Source: Sminthopsis crassicaudata
Taxonomy: Eukaryota
DNA: 64,000 bases
Direction: 5' to 3'
NCBI RefSeq assembly: GCF_048593235.1
Contig: NC_133622.1
Coordinates: 182,342,001-182,406,000, forward strand
Below the pieces are notes generated by a model. That model made no database searches, was not told the DNA's origin, and saw only the letters and a list, made by a program, of their open reading frames with translations. The translations under genes were made by a program, and so were the position numbers. Below are positions 1 through 12,485 of the stretch, piece by piece (within the stretch, counting starts at the first letter, position 1; each line of letters opens with the position of its first letter).

Positions 1-689
1 ACAGAATCTTTATGGGAGCAGATATGAAAGGAATAGCTTTGTAAATCAAAAAAGCTGTGGGATATATTTCTTAGTAATATTCTAACCACCAGTTAAAGAA
101 ATAAATAAAATGTAAGCAGGATTTATTGAAGAGGGAATTTGGTACTCCCTACAGATCAGTGTTTAAAATTAATCAACTTTGGGTTGAATATTTCTCTTAG
201 AGATTCAGAGTTGACTATGCATGTAGATGATCTACCTTTCCTGATTACACTGATGAAATGGATGACTTGTGCCAATCATAGCTCTTAGATGTCTCTTCTT
301 TTCCTAGATTAGAGAGTCTTGGGGTTTTAGATCTAGCCTAGTTGTTTCTTCATAGATTTCTGTCAGTCTGGTTGTTTCTAAGTGGGCTTTTCTTCATAGA
401 AAAAAGTGCTACCTTAGTTGGACTTATCTTTGTACAAAACTTTGTACTATTTCCTCCCTCTTATCACATAAACTTAGAGTCATCTTAGAAGAATAAAGAG
501 TTAAAAGGTAAGTTAAATTAAATCAAAAGTTTAAAAAGAGTTTAAAGGGAAATTCTTTACCTAATAAGAGGGAGGAAACTCAGCAGAGTCAGTCCATGTC
601 TGAGAGCACTTAAAATAGTTATAAAATTATACTATAGGAGTTATGTAATGGTCAAAGAGTAGTATATGATAACAACAGCAGCAGCAGAA

Positions 690-830
690 GCAACAAGAAG
701 AAGTATTTATTAAGCAATTATTTAGGCACTGTGTTACATACTGGGAGTACAAACATAAGCAGAATAAAAACCCCTATCCTCAAGGAATTTACATTCTAGT
801 TTGAGAAGATAATACATAAAAAGGAAGCTA
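690..830 (-). mobile_element. L2 LINE 3' end fragment
   Basis: gtatttattaagca...ggcactgtg...cctcaaggaatttacattcta matches the reverse strand of the L2 3' terminus. Confidence 0.7.
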
Positions 831-974
831 AAAGGAGGGATGGAGAAGATGGGGGAAAGAAGAGGCCTGAATAGTTACAGAGTCTGGAGTCAAGAGTCTA
901 GCCTTGAGGGGAAGGAAAGACATGTTGGGCATCCTCCTTTAAATAGAGGCAGAACCAACCATTCAAAAGAGACA

Positions 975-1052
975 GACTGCCAGAGTCAAATTTAAATTCA
1001 AGTCCTTGTGATTCTGGGTCCAGTTCTCTATCCACTGTGCTACCTAGCTGCC
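975..1052 (-). mobile_element. MIR-family SINE tRNA-derived head
   Basis: Reverse complement reads gggcagctaggtagcacagtggatagagaactgga...gacttgaatttaaat. Confidence 0.75.
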
Positions 1053-1334
1053 CATAGAATTTCATACAGTTAGTTAATTTTAGAACTCTAATGATACCCA
1101 AGTTTTCCTTACTTTTAGAAAGGCAATGCTTTCTACTCATAGTTAAAAATAGAGACTTACTCTATAATTCCTATTTTTTAAACTTTTTTTTTAAAAGACT
1201 TTTCAGAGATCTTGTGGTTTCCCAAACTAGCTCTAGATTGAATGTTTGTTCCTAGTCCCTTAGTGACTCAGGTGCATTTGTGAGTGTGGAGTGATGTGCA
1301 TGTAACTAACATAAAAGCATTTGACAGCTTGAAA

Positions 1335-1700
1335 AGCAGAGGCCTTCACTCAGCGGTCAAGGGGATTTTTCTAAGGTGCCGCTTTGTCCATGTCACCATT
1401 CTTTTCAGTGAACTTCAGGGTCTGCCTGTTACCTCCGGGATCAAATATAGAATCCCCTGTGTGATTTCTAGAGCCCCTCATAACCTGCCCCCTTCCCACC
1501 TTTGCAGTCTTCAACTTCACTCTCTACACAGTCTGTGATCTTGTGACGGGCCTTCTTATAATTCCATGCACATAACATCCATCTCCTGATGTCAGACTTC
1601 TCACTGTCTGTCCCTCACACCAGGAGTGTTCTCTCTGCCTTTTAGCTTCCCTTAGAACTCAGCTCAGAGCCCACCTTCTGTAGGAGCCTTTCCTGTAAAA
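1335..1700 (+). mobile_element. L2 LINE fragment
   Basis: L2 3' region motifs: catgtcacc...ctgcctgttacctcc.ggatcaaata, cccctcataacctg, ctcagctcagagcccaccttct. Confidence 0.75.
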
Positions 1701-1701
1701 G

Positions 1702-1927
1702 GCAGCCAGGTAGTTCAGTATATATCCAAAGTATATAGGTACTGGAGACAGGAAGGACCTGAGTTTGAATCTAGCTTTATACCAGTTATTAGGTGCGTTA
1801 ACTCTGGAAAAATCACTTAATCATTGTCTTAGTTTCCTCAATGTTAAAAATGGAATAATAACAGTATTTACATTTCAGAATGATTGTGTCAAATGATATA
1901 ATATTTGTAAAAAGCTAACAAGCACTT
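1702..1927 (+). mobile_element. MIR SINE, running into a gap
   Basis: tRNA-like head gacctgagtttgaatc, core tcacttaa...agtttcctca...aaaatggaataata. Confidence 0.8.
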
Positions 1928-2340
1928 NNNNNNNNNNNNNNNNNNNNNNNNNNNNNNNNNNNNNNNNNNNNNNNNNNNNNNNNNNNNNNNNNNNNNNNNN
2001 NNNNNNNNNNNNNNNNNNNNNNNNNNNNNNNNNNNNNNNNNNNNNNNNNNNNNNNNNNNNNNNNNNNNNNNNNNNNNNNNNNNNNNNNNNNNNNNNNNNN
2101 NNNNNNNNNNNNNNNNNNNNNNNNNNNNNNNNNNNNNNNNNNNNNNNNNNNNNNNNNNNNNNNNNNNNNNNNNNNNNNNNNNNNNNNNNNNNNNNNNNNN
2201 NNNNNNNNNNNNNNNNNNNNNNNNNNNNNNNNNNNNNNNNNNNNNNNNNNNNNNNNNNNNNNNNNNNNNNNNNNNNNNNNNNNNNNNNNNNNNNNNNNNN
2301 NNNNNNNNNNNNNNNNNNNNNNNNNNNNNNNNNNNNNNNN
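1928..2340. other. Assembly gap (413 N)
   Basis: Run of N. Confidence 1.
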
Positions 2341-2540
2341 TTTTCTTTCCATATAATGTTCCCTTTATTCTGTATATATCTCCTGTATACCTAGTTATTC
2401 ATAGTCTTTCCCAGTATAGTGTGGAACTCCTCAAGATCAGTAACTTTTCCCTCCTTTATAACCACAGCAAATATCACACTTATCATAGTACTTGACATAT
2501 AGTAAATGCTTAATAATTGCTTGTTGACTCATTGACTTCA
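2341..2540 (+). mobile_element. L2 LINE 3' terminus
   Basis: aactcctcaaga...acatatagtaaatgcttaataattgcttgttgact tail. Confidence 0.7.
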
Positions 2541-2956
2541 TATAAATGTCACTGGTAATTATCATCTAATTATTGTCTTTTTATAAAGTTTAGATTTAAA
2601 TGGTCTGAGGACAAGTCATTATCTTGTCTTTTTATATTTAATATTCTATAGGCATTAATTGTTAATTAGTTAACAATTAGATAAGTTCCTTTTTGCAATT
2701 TTAGAATATAAGCTCATCATCAGTAGAATGATGAAAATATCTTTAGGATGATTAGTCATAGGCAATTAATGGGTTAAGTACTTCATTCTGTTTGTATATA
2801 GTTCTGATTTTTTTCTGTTACATCTAAAAATTTTGGAAGTTTTTCATGCCTTATAATTTGGAGATTATGAATATTCAGTACAGTAACATCTATTGAAAAA
2901 TGTTCTTAAATTTTTATGGATTAGTGTTATATTTGGATAGTAGTGCAAGTTGGTTC

Positions 2957-3741
2957 TAAAAATATTTGGGGAATGTTTGTGGCAGCCCTCTTTGTAGTGG
3001 CCAGAAACTGGAAATTGAATGGATGCCCATCAATTGGAGAAGGGCTGAATAAATTGTGGTATATGAATATTATGGAATATTATTGTTCTGTAAGAAATGA
3101 CCAACAATGTATAGGATTGCCTGTCATCTAGGGGAGAGAGTAGAGGGAGGGAGGGGATAATTTGGAAAAATGAATACAAGGGATAATGTTATAAAAAATT
3201 ACTCATGCATATGTACTGTCAAAAATTATAAATAAAATTAAAAAAAAAAAAGAAATGACCAGCAGGATGAATACAGAGAGGCCTGGAGAGACTTACATCA
3301 ACTGATACAGAGTGAAATGAGCAGAACCAGGAAATCATTATACACATGACAACAATATTATATGATGATCAATTCTGATGGACGTGGCCCTCTTCAAAAA
3401 TGAGATGATTCAAACTAGTTACAATTGTTCAATGATGAAGAAAGCCATCTATATGCAGAGAGAATACTGTGGGAACTGAGGGTGGCTCACAACATAGCAT
3501 TCTCACTCTTTTTGTTGTTGTTTGCATTTTCTTTTTCTTTTTCTTTTTCTTTTTTTTTTTTGCTGGTTTGATTTGATTTTTCTTGTACAGCACAATGATT
3601 GTATAAATATAGATGCATATATTGAATTTAACATGTATTTCTACCATGTATAATTGGAACATAAGGTTTTGTAAGGGTTAATGTTGAAGAATCGTCCATA
3701 CATATATTTTGAAAAAACAAAAAACTTAAAAAAAAAAAAAG
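2957..3741 (+). mobile_element. Marsupial L1 3' fragment (ORF2 C-terminus plus 3'UTR and A-tail)
   Basis: Encodes MFVAALFVVARNWKLNGCPSIGEGLNKLWYMNIMEYYCSVRNDQQ, typical of the L1 ORF2 C-terminus. Resumes after a nested insert and ends in a poly-A tail. Confidence 0.92.
3106..3249 (+). mobile_element. 5'-truncated L1 3' end nested inside the L1
   Basis: G-rich L1 3'UTR end plus poly-A, flanked by the 12-bp direct repeat aagaaatgacca (3092-3103, 3250-3261). Confidence 0.85.
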
Positions 3742-4714
3742 ATATCTCCAACCTATCTAGGTATGAGCCAAAGAACTGGGCCCTTGGACAAAATGACCCA
3801 GGTCTAAAATGACCTAAACAAACTAGAGTTGATGACAGGGCACAAACATTTTGGCACATGGAATGGGCTAATAGAGAAGATAGTAAGTCTGACCAATTGT
3901 AACTAACTTTGTCAGTCTGACCAATGCAAACCTTAAAGGGAGAGATAAGGAACCAAATTAACAATATAAAGCTTGCTCCCAAGAAGAGTATTCATCAGTA
4001 TTGGGGTGTGTCTTACCCATGGGCACAGCAGCTTCTCATGAGAATCATTGAATAATGGATTCTTTTCTTTGCAAAAAAATAAAAAAAAAGAAAAGATATT
4101 TGGGGGATTGTAATTGAAGTACAAGTCTGTTAAGTTATAAAAGAGAGAGAGTGAGCATCTGATATATGATTCTCACCAACTGATTTTGTCTTTCTAGAAA
4201 AGATGGTAGATCTTTTTTTTTTTCTACATATAAAGATGGATTACACAGTTTCTATCATTTTGTGGTTTACTATGCGTTGATCAATTCCTAGGCATTATAA
4301 GTTTAAGTAGAGGTGCTAGAACCAAATGCATGGATCTTCCCATCTGAATGGACTGCTGGCATTACATACACATAACTTGATTCAGAGCATCTGACAGGAG
4401 GATTAAATGACATGGTCTCATCAATTAAATGTAGGTCAATGAATAATTAAGTCAACTGTGATAAGAAACACACCCAACATGGGCAGCTTGTCTTAGTTTC
4501 TCGCTATATGAGAGAGTTCCATTTCCAAATGTTTTAGCATGATGATGAATAGCAATATAGTTGAGGGAAAAGAGGACAAATTCATCCTTTGGAAGACTTC
4601 TTTTGGAGTACCAAATCTGCCACTGGCCAGCTGTGTAAAAATGGGCAAATGTACTTTGAGCTTCAGTGATGTAATCTGTAAATGAAGATAACAACTGGTC
4701 CTACTTATCACTTG

Positions 4715-4815
4715 TTTTTTGTCCTTCCTTCTTGAAGATGACCATGATGTTAGCAAAGTGCTGTCATGACATGCAAGTGAATTAGATTTGAGTGAGGGAG
4801 GGCTGTGCAAAGTCC
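4715..4815 (-). mobile_element. RTE-tailed marsupial SINE (MdoRep1/WALLSI-like) fragment
   Basis: tgtccttccttcttgaagatgaccatgatg...catgacatgcaagtgaattagatttgagtgagggagggctgtgcaaagtc, also seen at 11028, 22787 and 28935. Confidence 0.75.
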
Positions 4816-5054
4816 CCTTAGGAATCCTATGGAACCTACTTATCATTAAAGTTAGGATGGCAGAATATCAATGAAAGTTATAAAGTGTTATAAATGTGCG
4901 GTCATGATGTAATTTACATTGCTTAAGACTTTAAGAATCCATGATTTGGAGTTGGGAAATGACATGATGTGTAGCCTTGGGGTGTGGTGGTATGGTATCA
5001 AAATACCTATGATGAACCATGGGACTTGTCCATGGCTCCAGCACTGAATTGCTA

Positions 5055-5590
5055 AGTGACATGATCAGAACAATGCTTTAGGAAGATCAATTTGACCCCT
5101 GAGTGGAGGATGGACTATAATGGAGAGAGAGGTGATTTCCAGAAGATCAATTTGAAGGCTGTTGTAATAGTTCAGGCAAGAAGGGGAATGGGCCTTGGTT
5201 ATAGCAGTGTCAAAGGAAAGGAAGGGGCATATATAGAGACTGTTAGAAATTGGAAAATAGAACTTGGTAACTGATTGGATATGGGAGAGGTGGGGGAAAA
5301 TGAGGAATTGTGCACCTGGGTGATTGGGATGATGATGGTATCCTGGCAGTAATGGGCAAAAGAGGATTTGGAAGAAAAAGATAATGAGATCTATTTGACA
5401 CTTGTTGAGTTTAAGATTCTATGGAACATCCAGTGTGAGAGATCCAATGGACATATGGAAATACAAGACTGAAGATCAGAAAAGTGATTAGGGCTGATGT
5501 AGATGTGGTGGGAATCAATTGTTAATTGTATCCTTGGGAGTGGATGAGATCACTAAGAAAAATAATATAAAGGGAGAAGAGAAGAAGAAT
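5055..5590 (-). mobile_element. L2 LINE fragment
   Basis: Purine-rich reverse L2 motifs: ggctgttgtaatagttcaggcaaga, ggtaactgattggatatggg, gagtggatgagatcactaag. Confidence 0.8.
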
Positions 5591-6069
5591 TATATTGTGA
5601 CACAATATAATTCATTAATGAGCCAGTGTTTAAAGCCTTTCCAGGTTTATAGGGTATGGGGTGGAAGTTATAGAATTAAGATATTTAGGGTAACTTCCAT
5701 ACCACAAAGAACATCAGAGGACTATAATAGAGAGAGTTGGTCTTATAGCATCCTACATGAAAACAAAAGTACAGGATAAAGACTTCTCTCTCTTTTTTTT
5801 TAAAGTGGGCCAAGATGCCAGAAAAGCAGACCAATATATTATATGACTTTGGGAGGGAAGAGAATGGAAATTTTTAGTAATGTGACCCAAAGCACTTATC
5901 CAATTTTCCTAGGTTTTGTGGCCATGTAATTGTTATAAATTCTTATTGGCAAAAATGATATTCATTTTATTCTTACGGATTCTGCCACCATGATTCTCTA
6001 GGGTTTAGCCTGGTGGGGCTCATCCATCCATCCTTAAGGGAAATTTTGTTTTTTACCCTTGCATCCCAG

Positions 6070-6106
6070 TACTGAAATCCCTGAAAGAAATAGTGCCAAA
6101 AGAAAG
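6070..6106 (+). other. Candidate 37-nt exon (LKSLKEIVPKE or TEIPERNSAKRK frame open)
   Basis: Strong acceptor ttttgttttttacccttgcatcccag, moderate donor AAG|gtatct, in unique sequence. Confidence 0.25.
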
Positions 6107-6409
6107 GTATCTTTGGTTCTCATCAGTGAAGCCATGCCTTGGAGCTGGCTATGATTTCTTGTGCAGCTGGAATATATAACAGGTTGTCTCGGCCAGAGTT
6201 CTTGTGAATAAAATGCACAGCTGGGTAAAAGCCTAATGATGCCTGGTGGAAACATTGGGAGAAGCATTCGGCTTCAGGACCGGGGGCGCATTCGGAATTG
6301 TTTCTGGATTGTTTCTCCCTAAATCTGTGCCTGAGTTAAGCCACCTGTATTTCAGGCAGACAGCACAGATCCAAGAATGCTCACAGGCTCTGTCATACAA
6401 ATGGAAACA

Positions 6410-6720
6410 AGCAGTAAAGTGCCAACTGTGTGCAGTGTTGTATCATAAGTGCCAAAGAAACAAGGTGAAAAGGGACAAAGTCCCTGTCCAAAAGGACTTC
6501 ATAATCTTTTTTTTGGGGGGGGCCAGGAAATAATAACTACATAAATGCCTTTAAAACAAGATAGGAAGCAGGAAGGACAAAGGAAAAATCCAAAATCTTT
6601 GAGGGATGTTTGAAGAGAGACAGCACACCTTCAGGTGAAGAAATCAAGGAAGTCTTCTTGAAAGAAATAGCATCTGAACTAATCTTGAAGAAAGAAAAGG
6701 ATCCAATAGATCCTTGAGGG
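6410..6720 (-). mobile_element. L2 LINE 3' fragment
   Basis: caactgtgtgcagtg...gtccctgtccaaaaggacttcata...aatcaaggaagtcttcttg...catctgaactaatcttgaag. Confidence 0.6.
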
Positions 6721-8299
6721 AGGAGAGTATATAATTAGTTTTTCTACATCATGGGTGTTCAGGATGTTGATGCCCTTTGAAATCTGAAAAATGCATGAAA
6801 AAAATTTGGCTCCCTTCATACCAGAGAAGTCTGAATTATTATGGTATTGAAAGATAAAATATGTTGATGTTATAGATACACACACATATAATACATTTAT
6901 GAGTTGCTAAACTTTTTCTGGGTGGTCTACTGACCTTTGTTGATTGTGGCTTCTGTAAAATTTTCAGAAAATTCCTATTTAATTTCTTATGCTGACCTTC
7001 AATATATTGAAACTACGATGAGGAAAGTCACAGTGTGGAAGGGATAAGTGTATTTTAAAAACTGAAAAATGGCCTCCATGAATATGCAGAAATGGGAGAT
7101 GGCACAATTTGCAGATATGGGGAAAAATAGGATGACTAAATATTTGGTGTGTTATTCAGGACCATCCAGTGAACATAGCTGGGAACAAAATACTGGGTCT
7201 TGGTGCTTGGGTAATGCATCCAGAGCTTTTGTTTCTTGCTCACAGTTATAATTCCAGTGATACCTAACCTTTAAATCCAGCCTCCTCCATGATAAAGCCT
7301 TTTCCTGAAGCCCCTCAGACATGATGTGCTAATCTTTTCTGAAGAATGTTATGCTATGGCATCAGGATACCTATATTCAAACCTCATCTTGGGTATTTGC
7401 TAGCTATATAATGTAGGGAAAGTCATTACCATTCTGTAGATCAGTTTCTTCATCTATAAAATGGAGATAGCACTACCTCCAAATTATGATTTATAATAAT
7501 AATTAGAATTTCTTTTATTCTTCTTACGTGCTTACTCATATTTTTATTATATTTATCTTTGTGTGTGTCTTATGCTTTGCTATAATATACACCTTTTGAA
7601 GGTAAAGGTGATGTTTCTGTTTATGTATGTATATATTTATGTGTATATATTTGTATCTCCTTCATTGCCTAGTAGACCTTGAACATAAAAATGAATGAAT
7701 ATCACAATTTGCTGCAAGTGTAGGTAGTAGCTACTAAGCTGGTCAAAAGAAGGAGAAGAAATTCTAAGCTCAGCTTACTTTATTTCAATGCAGATATCCA
7801 CAGCAATTAAAAATCAAAAGACTTACCTAGAAAAAATTAGATAAAAATTTAGCATGTGTAGTTTCTCTCTTCACATGTTTGAGTGCATTGTAGATTTCTG
7901 TAAAAAGTCATTATTAAAATAACCAAAAAAATCATTTTTAAGTGTGGAAGGCAAGTATTATCATAAACTGCAAACGAATAGTACAACCAGATGTAATTCA
8001 GATATCCTAAGTCATTCTGATTGGAGACTGGGGTTAGAGCCTTGAGATGAGCACCTAGGACTAGCAGGGTTCCTCTGTTCATTATTTCATCATCCAAGAC
8101 CCTATTTGAGCCTGAACATTTCAGGTCTTTGAGCATCATGTGAAACTGGCATGGAACCTTTAAAAATATTATTTTATTAGACTCTAATATTTGAGTATAA
8201 TTTTTTCTCTACTGTAATTATAATATTAGGATAGAAGTCCATATGAGCATTGTCTTAGAAAAAAAGGGATCTGGGAAAGATTTTAATATAGAAAAACCA

Positions 8300-8480
8300 A
8301 GGTCATCCACTGCAAACTGAGCCATTGCCAATCATATTGACTTTTGCCTTGCCACTGGACTTTGATGATGGAGGAAAGAGTAAGGCTGATGACTCTGCTT
8401 AAATCCAATTCATGTGCTAGTCAAGACATCGCCCTCATGATGTCACTGGTTGTCTTTGAGAATGAAGGAAGAGCAATGAA
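8300..8480 (+). mobile_element. RTE-tailed marsupial SINE 3' part
   Basis: ttaaatccaattcatgtgctagtcaagacatc...tgatgtcactggttgtctttgagaatgaagga, the reverse complement of the 4715-type copies. Confidence 0.7.
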
Positions 8481-8557
8481 TATTATTAGAATAATATAAT
8501 GTTAAAATTGGAAGGTACTTCCTTGTATTATTATGTTATTTTACCAAAGAACATACC

Positions 8558-8654
8558 CAGGGTGCCCCAAAACTTAGTGCAAGTTTATGGTTGATGCATT
8601 AAAACTTTAAGCTTCATAACTTAAAACAGCCCTAGGAATTTTGGAACATCCTTG
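8558..8654. mobile_element. Tc1/mariner-type palindromic MITE (~97 bp)
   Basis: Imperfect TIRs cagggtgccccaaaacttagtgca ... ccctaggaattttggaacatccttg followed by TA. Confidence 0.65.
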
Positions 8655-10768
8655 TAGAATGGGATATCACTCCCCATCTGGCATTTTGTGTCTTTCTATT
8701 ACTCAGCCATAACACTCCATCTTCCATCTCTTTATATTATATTGGCTGCCTAACTTTCATGGAATGTATTCTTTCCTTAGCTCCATCTCACAGCTTGGGT
8801 GCTATTTTCTGTATGGAGCCTTTTCTGATATCCCTAATAGCTAGTATTTTCAAATGACCTTGTACAAGATCCCAGTTAGTGCAAATAATGAATACTCTGT
8901 GTAATCAAATTTTCACTATTCAAAGTATAACTATGTCAAATATGATAATTGGTTTCTAGCCTAGTGGAAATATATAGTTTGAATTGGAAGAACAGAATTC
9001 CTTATTGGCACTAATGGGGCCTAACTGTATTCTGCATATATTTCTTTTCATTCACTTTATATTTATGCTCCATATATTCATGCACTTGTCTTCTCTTTAC
9101 TTTTACTTCTTCATTAGAATGTGAGCTCTTTGGGAACAGGAATTGATTTATTTATTTTTCTTGCATCTCTAGTAGTGCCTTACACAGCGCTTGGAACATA
9201 ATCGGTGCTTAATAAATACTTGTTACTTGATTAATATAGCTGGAAGAGACCTGAGAACATAAAATACTAGTGCTTTAAAGAATACAAAACATACAATTTC
9301 AGAGTTAGAAGGACCTTAGGACATAGAAGATAGTGATAATAGTTATTACTCACATTTCTAAAACTTATAATTTTTTTTCTCCCAACACTGTAAGGCAGAT
9401 AATGGGAATATTATTAACTCCAGTGATATAGCAAGCAACTCAAATGCTAGGAATACACTGTTGTAAAAGAGAAAAAAGAAACCCTCTAAAATCTTCCATT
9501 TATCTTTTTGGTTGACTGTGTTCTCATGGTACTGTGGGAAGTTAATTGCCTGGAATCCAGGAAACATGCCTTCCAGTACTTGATCTGCTATCAACTTGCA
9601 ATATGATGCAGGGCTCCATCCTTCTCCCCTGTCTACTGAGGAGTTAGAAGTGGCTTTGGGGCAGAGTCATGAGATATTATAGCTGGAGGTAACCTTAGAC
9701 TGTAGAGCTGAAGGAGAACTTTTTATCCATCCAGTATTGTCCTTCAATTTGACACATAAGGAAACTGGGACTCCTGGAGGGAAAATGATTCGTCCAACTG
9801 GTTAGCAATGAAGTCTAGACTGGAACTGAGATGTCTTGATTTCCAATATACTTTAGTTTAAAAGCATGCCCAATAATGGTAAATTATGGGGAACTTTTGA
9901 GTTTTTGTCTTCATAGATGTAACAATGGGTAAAAAAGTACAATTTTACTCTCATAAATCCATGATTAACTTCATATAGACATCATTCTTCACCTCTAGAA
10001 GAACTGTAATTGATAAGTATTATTACAATTTTTATTTCCTAGGAAGGAAAATTAGGTCCTTTGAGGGTTTAGTGACTTGCCTAAAGTTATATAACTAATT
10101 AATGCCAGAGCCAAGAATAGAAGTCAGGTCGCATCATTCTTCAGGTTAAGTTGCTAAAACGTGTTTCTTCCTTAAGATGAGTAAATTTTATTCTAGCTCT
10201 TCAAGTGGGTTCAGGCTTGTGAAGCAGAGCAAAGGCTCTGGCTTCATGTGTCTAACTTTATTCATTGACAACAGATACTTCTTAAGCTTCTATTGTGGTC
10301 CTAGTCACACTAGAGACTGTAGAGAGGTAAAGTTTAAATTAGAAATGGACTGATAAAAGCACATGATTGTAGATATGTCTTCCTAAAAAAATAAAAATTT
10401 AGAACTGTCATAAATCCTTAAAAATCATCTTAATTCAATGCTGTCATTCTTCAGGTGTGGAAACTGAACTTCAGAGAAATTCACTGAATTGCTTATGGTC
10501 ACATAAAGGGGGAAACATGGTAAAATGTAAAGAAGAATTGGAATTAGTAAAGTTGAGTTTAAATTCTGTCTCTGACACTTATGAACATTGTGATCTACTT
10601 ATAGTCCTCCCTAGAAAATAGAAATTATAATACTTATCAATTACAGTTATGACACAAGATGCATTTTACTTTTCTTGAGGCTTAATTACCTCATATGTAA
10701 ATTGGAGGTGATCATCTGCTGCTGACTTCATCTAGTTCTTATGAAAATATAATGCTCTTAAAGTGCTT

Positions 10769-10920
10769 NNNNNNNNNNNNNNNNNNNNNNNNNNNNNNNN
10801 NNNNNNNNNNNNNNNNNNNNNNNNNNNNNNNNNNNNNNNNNNNNNNNNNNNNNNNNNNNNNNNNNNNNNNNNNNNNNNNNNNNNNNNNNNNNNNNNNNNN
10901 NNNNNNNNNNNNNNNNNNNN
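10769..10920. other. Assembly gap (152 N)
   Basis: Run of N. Confidence 1.
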
Positions 10921-11027
10921 ATATATCCAAAATTGTATTTTGTCATTATATCCAGGAAGATTCTACTCTTGATTTGAACTCAGGAGACCTGGATTTGAAT
11001 CTATCTTGGACAGTTTCTAATTTTGGG

Positions 11028-11165
11028 TTGTTGTTTGTCTTTCATTCTCAAAGACCATAATGTTAAGGAAGTAATTCCATGACGTGCAAGTGACTTGGAT
11101 TTAAGTGATGAAGGACTGTGCAAAGTCACCAATTTCACTTTCTGATCCAGGGATAAGTCAGGATG
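11028..11165 (-). mobile_element. RTE-tailed marsupial SINE fragment
   Basis: ttgttgtttgtctttcattctcaaagaccat...gcaagtgacttggatttaagtga...gtgcaaagtcacc. Confidence 0.75.
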
Positions 11166-12129
11166 ATTGGAGATTCTCTGGGAACTACTTTCTTTGTCTA
11201 CAAGATGATGATACTTATGCTCCTTATCTCCCAGGCTACTACTATGCAAAATGTAAAGCCCTATTGAAAAGAGAATTGTTGTTACTGTTATTATCATTAT
11301 TATTAATATTACTCCAGACAGTAATTCTTTTTATATCTCTTTGACTTTTGACTCTTGAGATTAAGAAGGTAGACTACTTCTCTTAAGGCAGAAAGTTGAT
11401 TTGGAGATGGAAACATCTGTCCACCAGGACTTGGGGTTGACATTCCTTGTCACATGGTATTAATATTTCATCTTTCCCAGGCTGTTTTCAAAATGAATGA
11501 GTCTGATGAGTTGTGAAGAGTGCTGGTTCCATCCCTTTGGTCATTGCCGAGGCTGTCATCTGGTGGAAGAGAAGTCCTGTCTGGTCTCCAGTGACCTCTT
11601 CTGTCTCATCCTTCTGCCATCACTGCTGAGTTCTACAGGAACAATGTTAGGAAACATGAGCTAGACTCACAACTTATGCAGGCGAATAGGAGGCAAACAT
11701 ATGGGCGTGAGTGGGGAATTGGTCTGAACATCAGGAACCTTTCTCCTGTAGGCCTGGAGAGTAATTATTTATATATTTGCAAAGCCGTCAAGGCACTGGG
11801 CTGTTTTCTGGTCCCTCATGTAATTTAAGACCATCCAGTTGTTGCTTGAGATGAAAGGTTATGGCCATCTGGAATGAATCTTTATCCATCAAGAGAAAAC
11901 AAAGAGAGAGATTCCTCAGCCAGTATTTCCCCCCCTAGTTTCAACTGATACCCAATGCTGGGAATTAACCCTTATAGATCTGCTTCTGAGCAGCACACAT
12001 TTTTGGACTAGTAACTGTGGGTCTCTGCAGAGAAGCTTAGTGTGACTCTCAAGTTCATACTGGGTCAGCTTAGGTCGGTTCCTGCCTTTCTCTTCTTCTT
12101 GCCCCTCACTCCCTATCATCTACTCTGCA

Positions 12130-12485
12130 ATTCAGTGAATCTGGACTCTTCCCTGTCCCTCATGCAAGACATTCCATCTCCTTGCTCAACATTTTCATTG
12201 GCTGCCCCCCAATCCTTCTCTCTTCTTCTCTGCTTTCTTGGCTTCTTTCAAGTCCCAGCTAAAATCTCATCTTCTATGAGAATCCTTTCTTGATCCTTCT
12301 TAATGTTAGTACCTTCTATTGATCTTCAATTTAAACTATGTTTGCACATAGTTGTTTTGATGTTATCTCCTTCACTAGCCTCCTTGAGAGCAGAAACTGT
12401 CTTTTTCCTTTCTTTGCGTCCCCAGTACTTAGCCCAGTGTCTGGCACATAGTAGACACTTAATAAATGCTTATTGACTGACTAAC
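12130..12485 (+). mobile_element. L2 LINE 3' end
   Basis: gtcccagctaaaatctcatcttcta...cccagtacttagcccagtgtctggcacatagtagacacttaataaatgcttattgactgact. Confidence 0.85.

Noticed and set aside
56-620. Possible reverse-oriented LTR at the window start
   Set aside because: LTR-like composition and a reverse AATAAA, but I could not define TG..CA ends or a TSD.
1702-1790. tRNA genes suggested by A/B-box-like motifs
   Set aside because: These are tRNA-derived SINE heads, not cloverleaf tRNAs.
6274-6292. CTCF or REST site (tcaggaccgggggcgc)
   Set aside because: Only the GGGGGCGC half of CTCF and a partial RE1 left half match; too weak to call.
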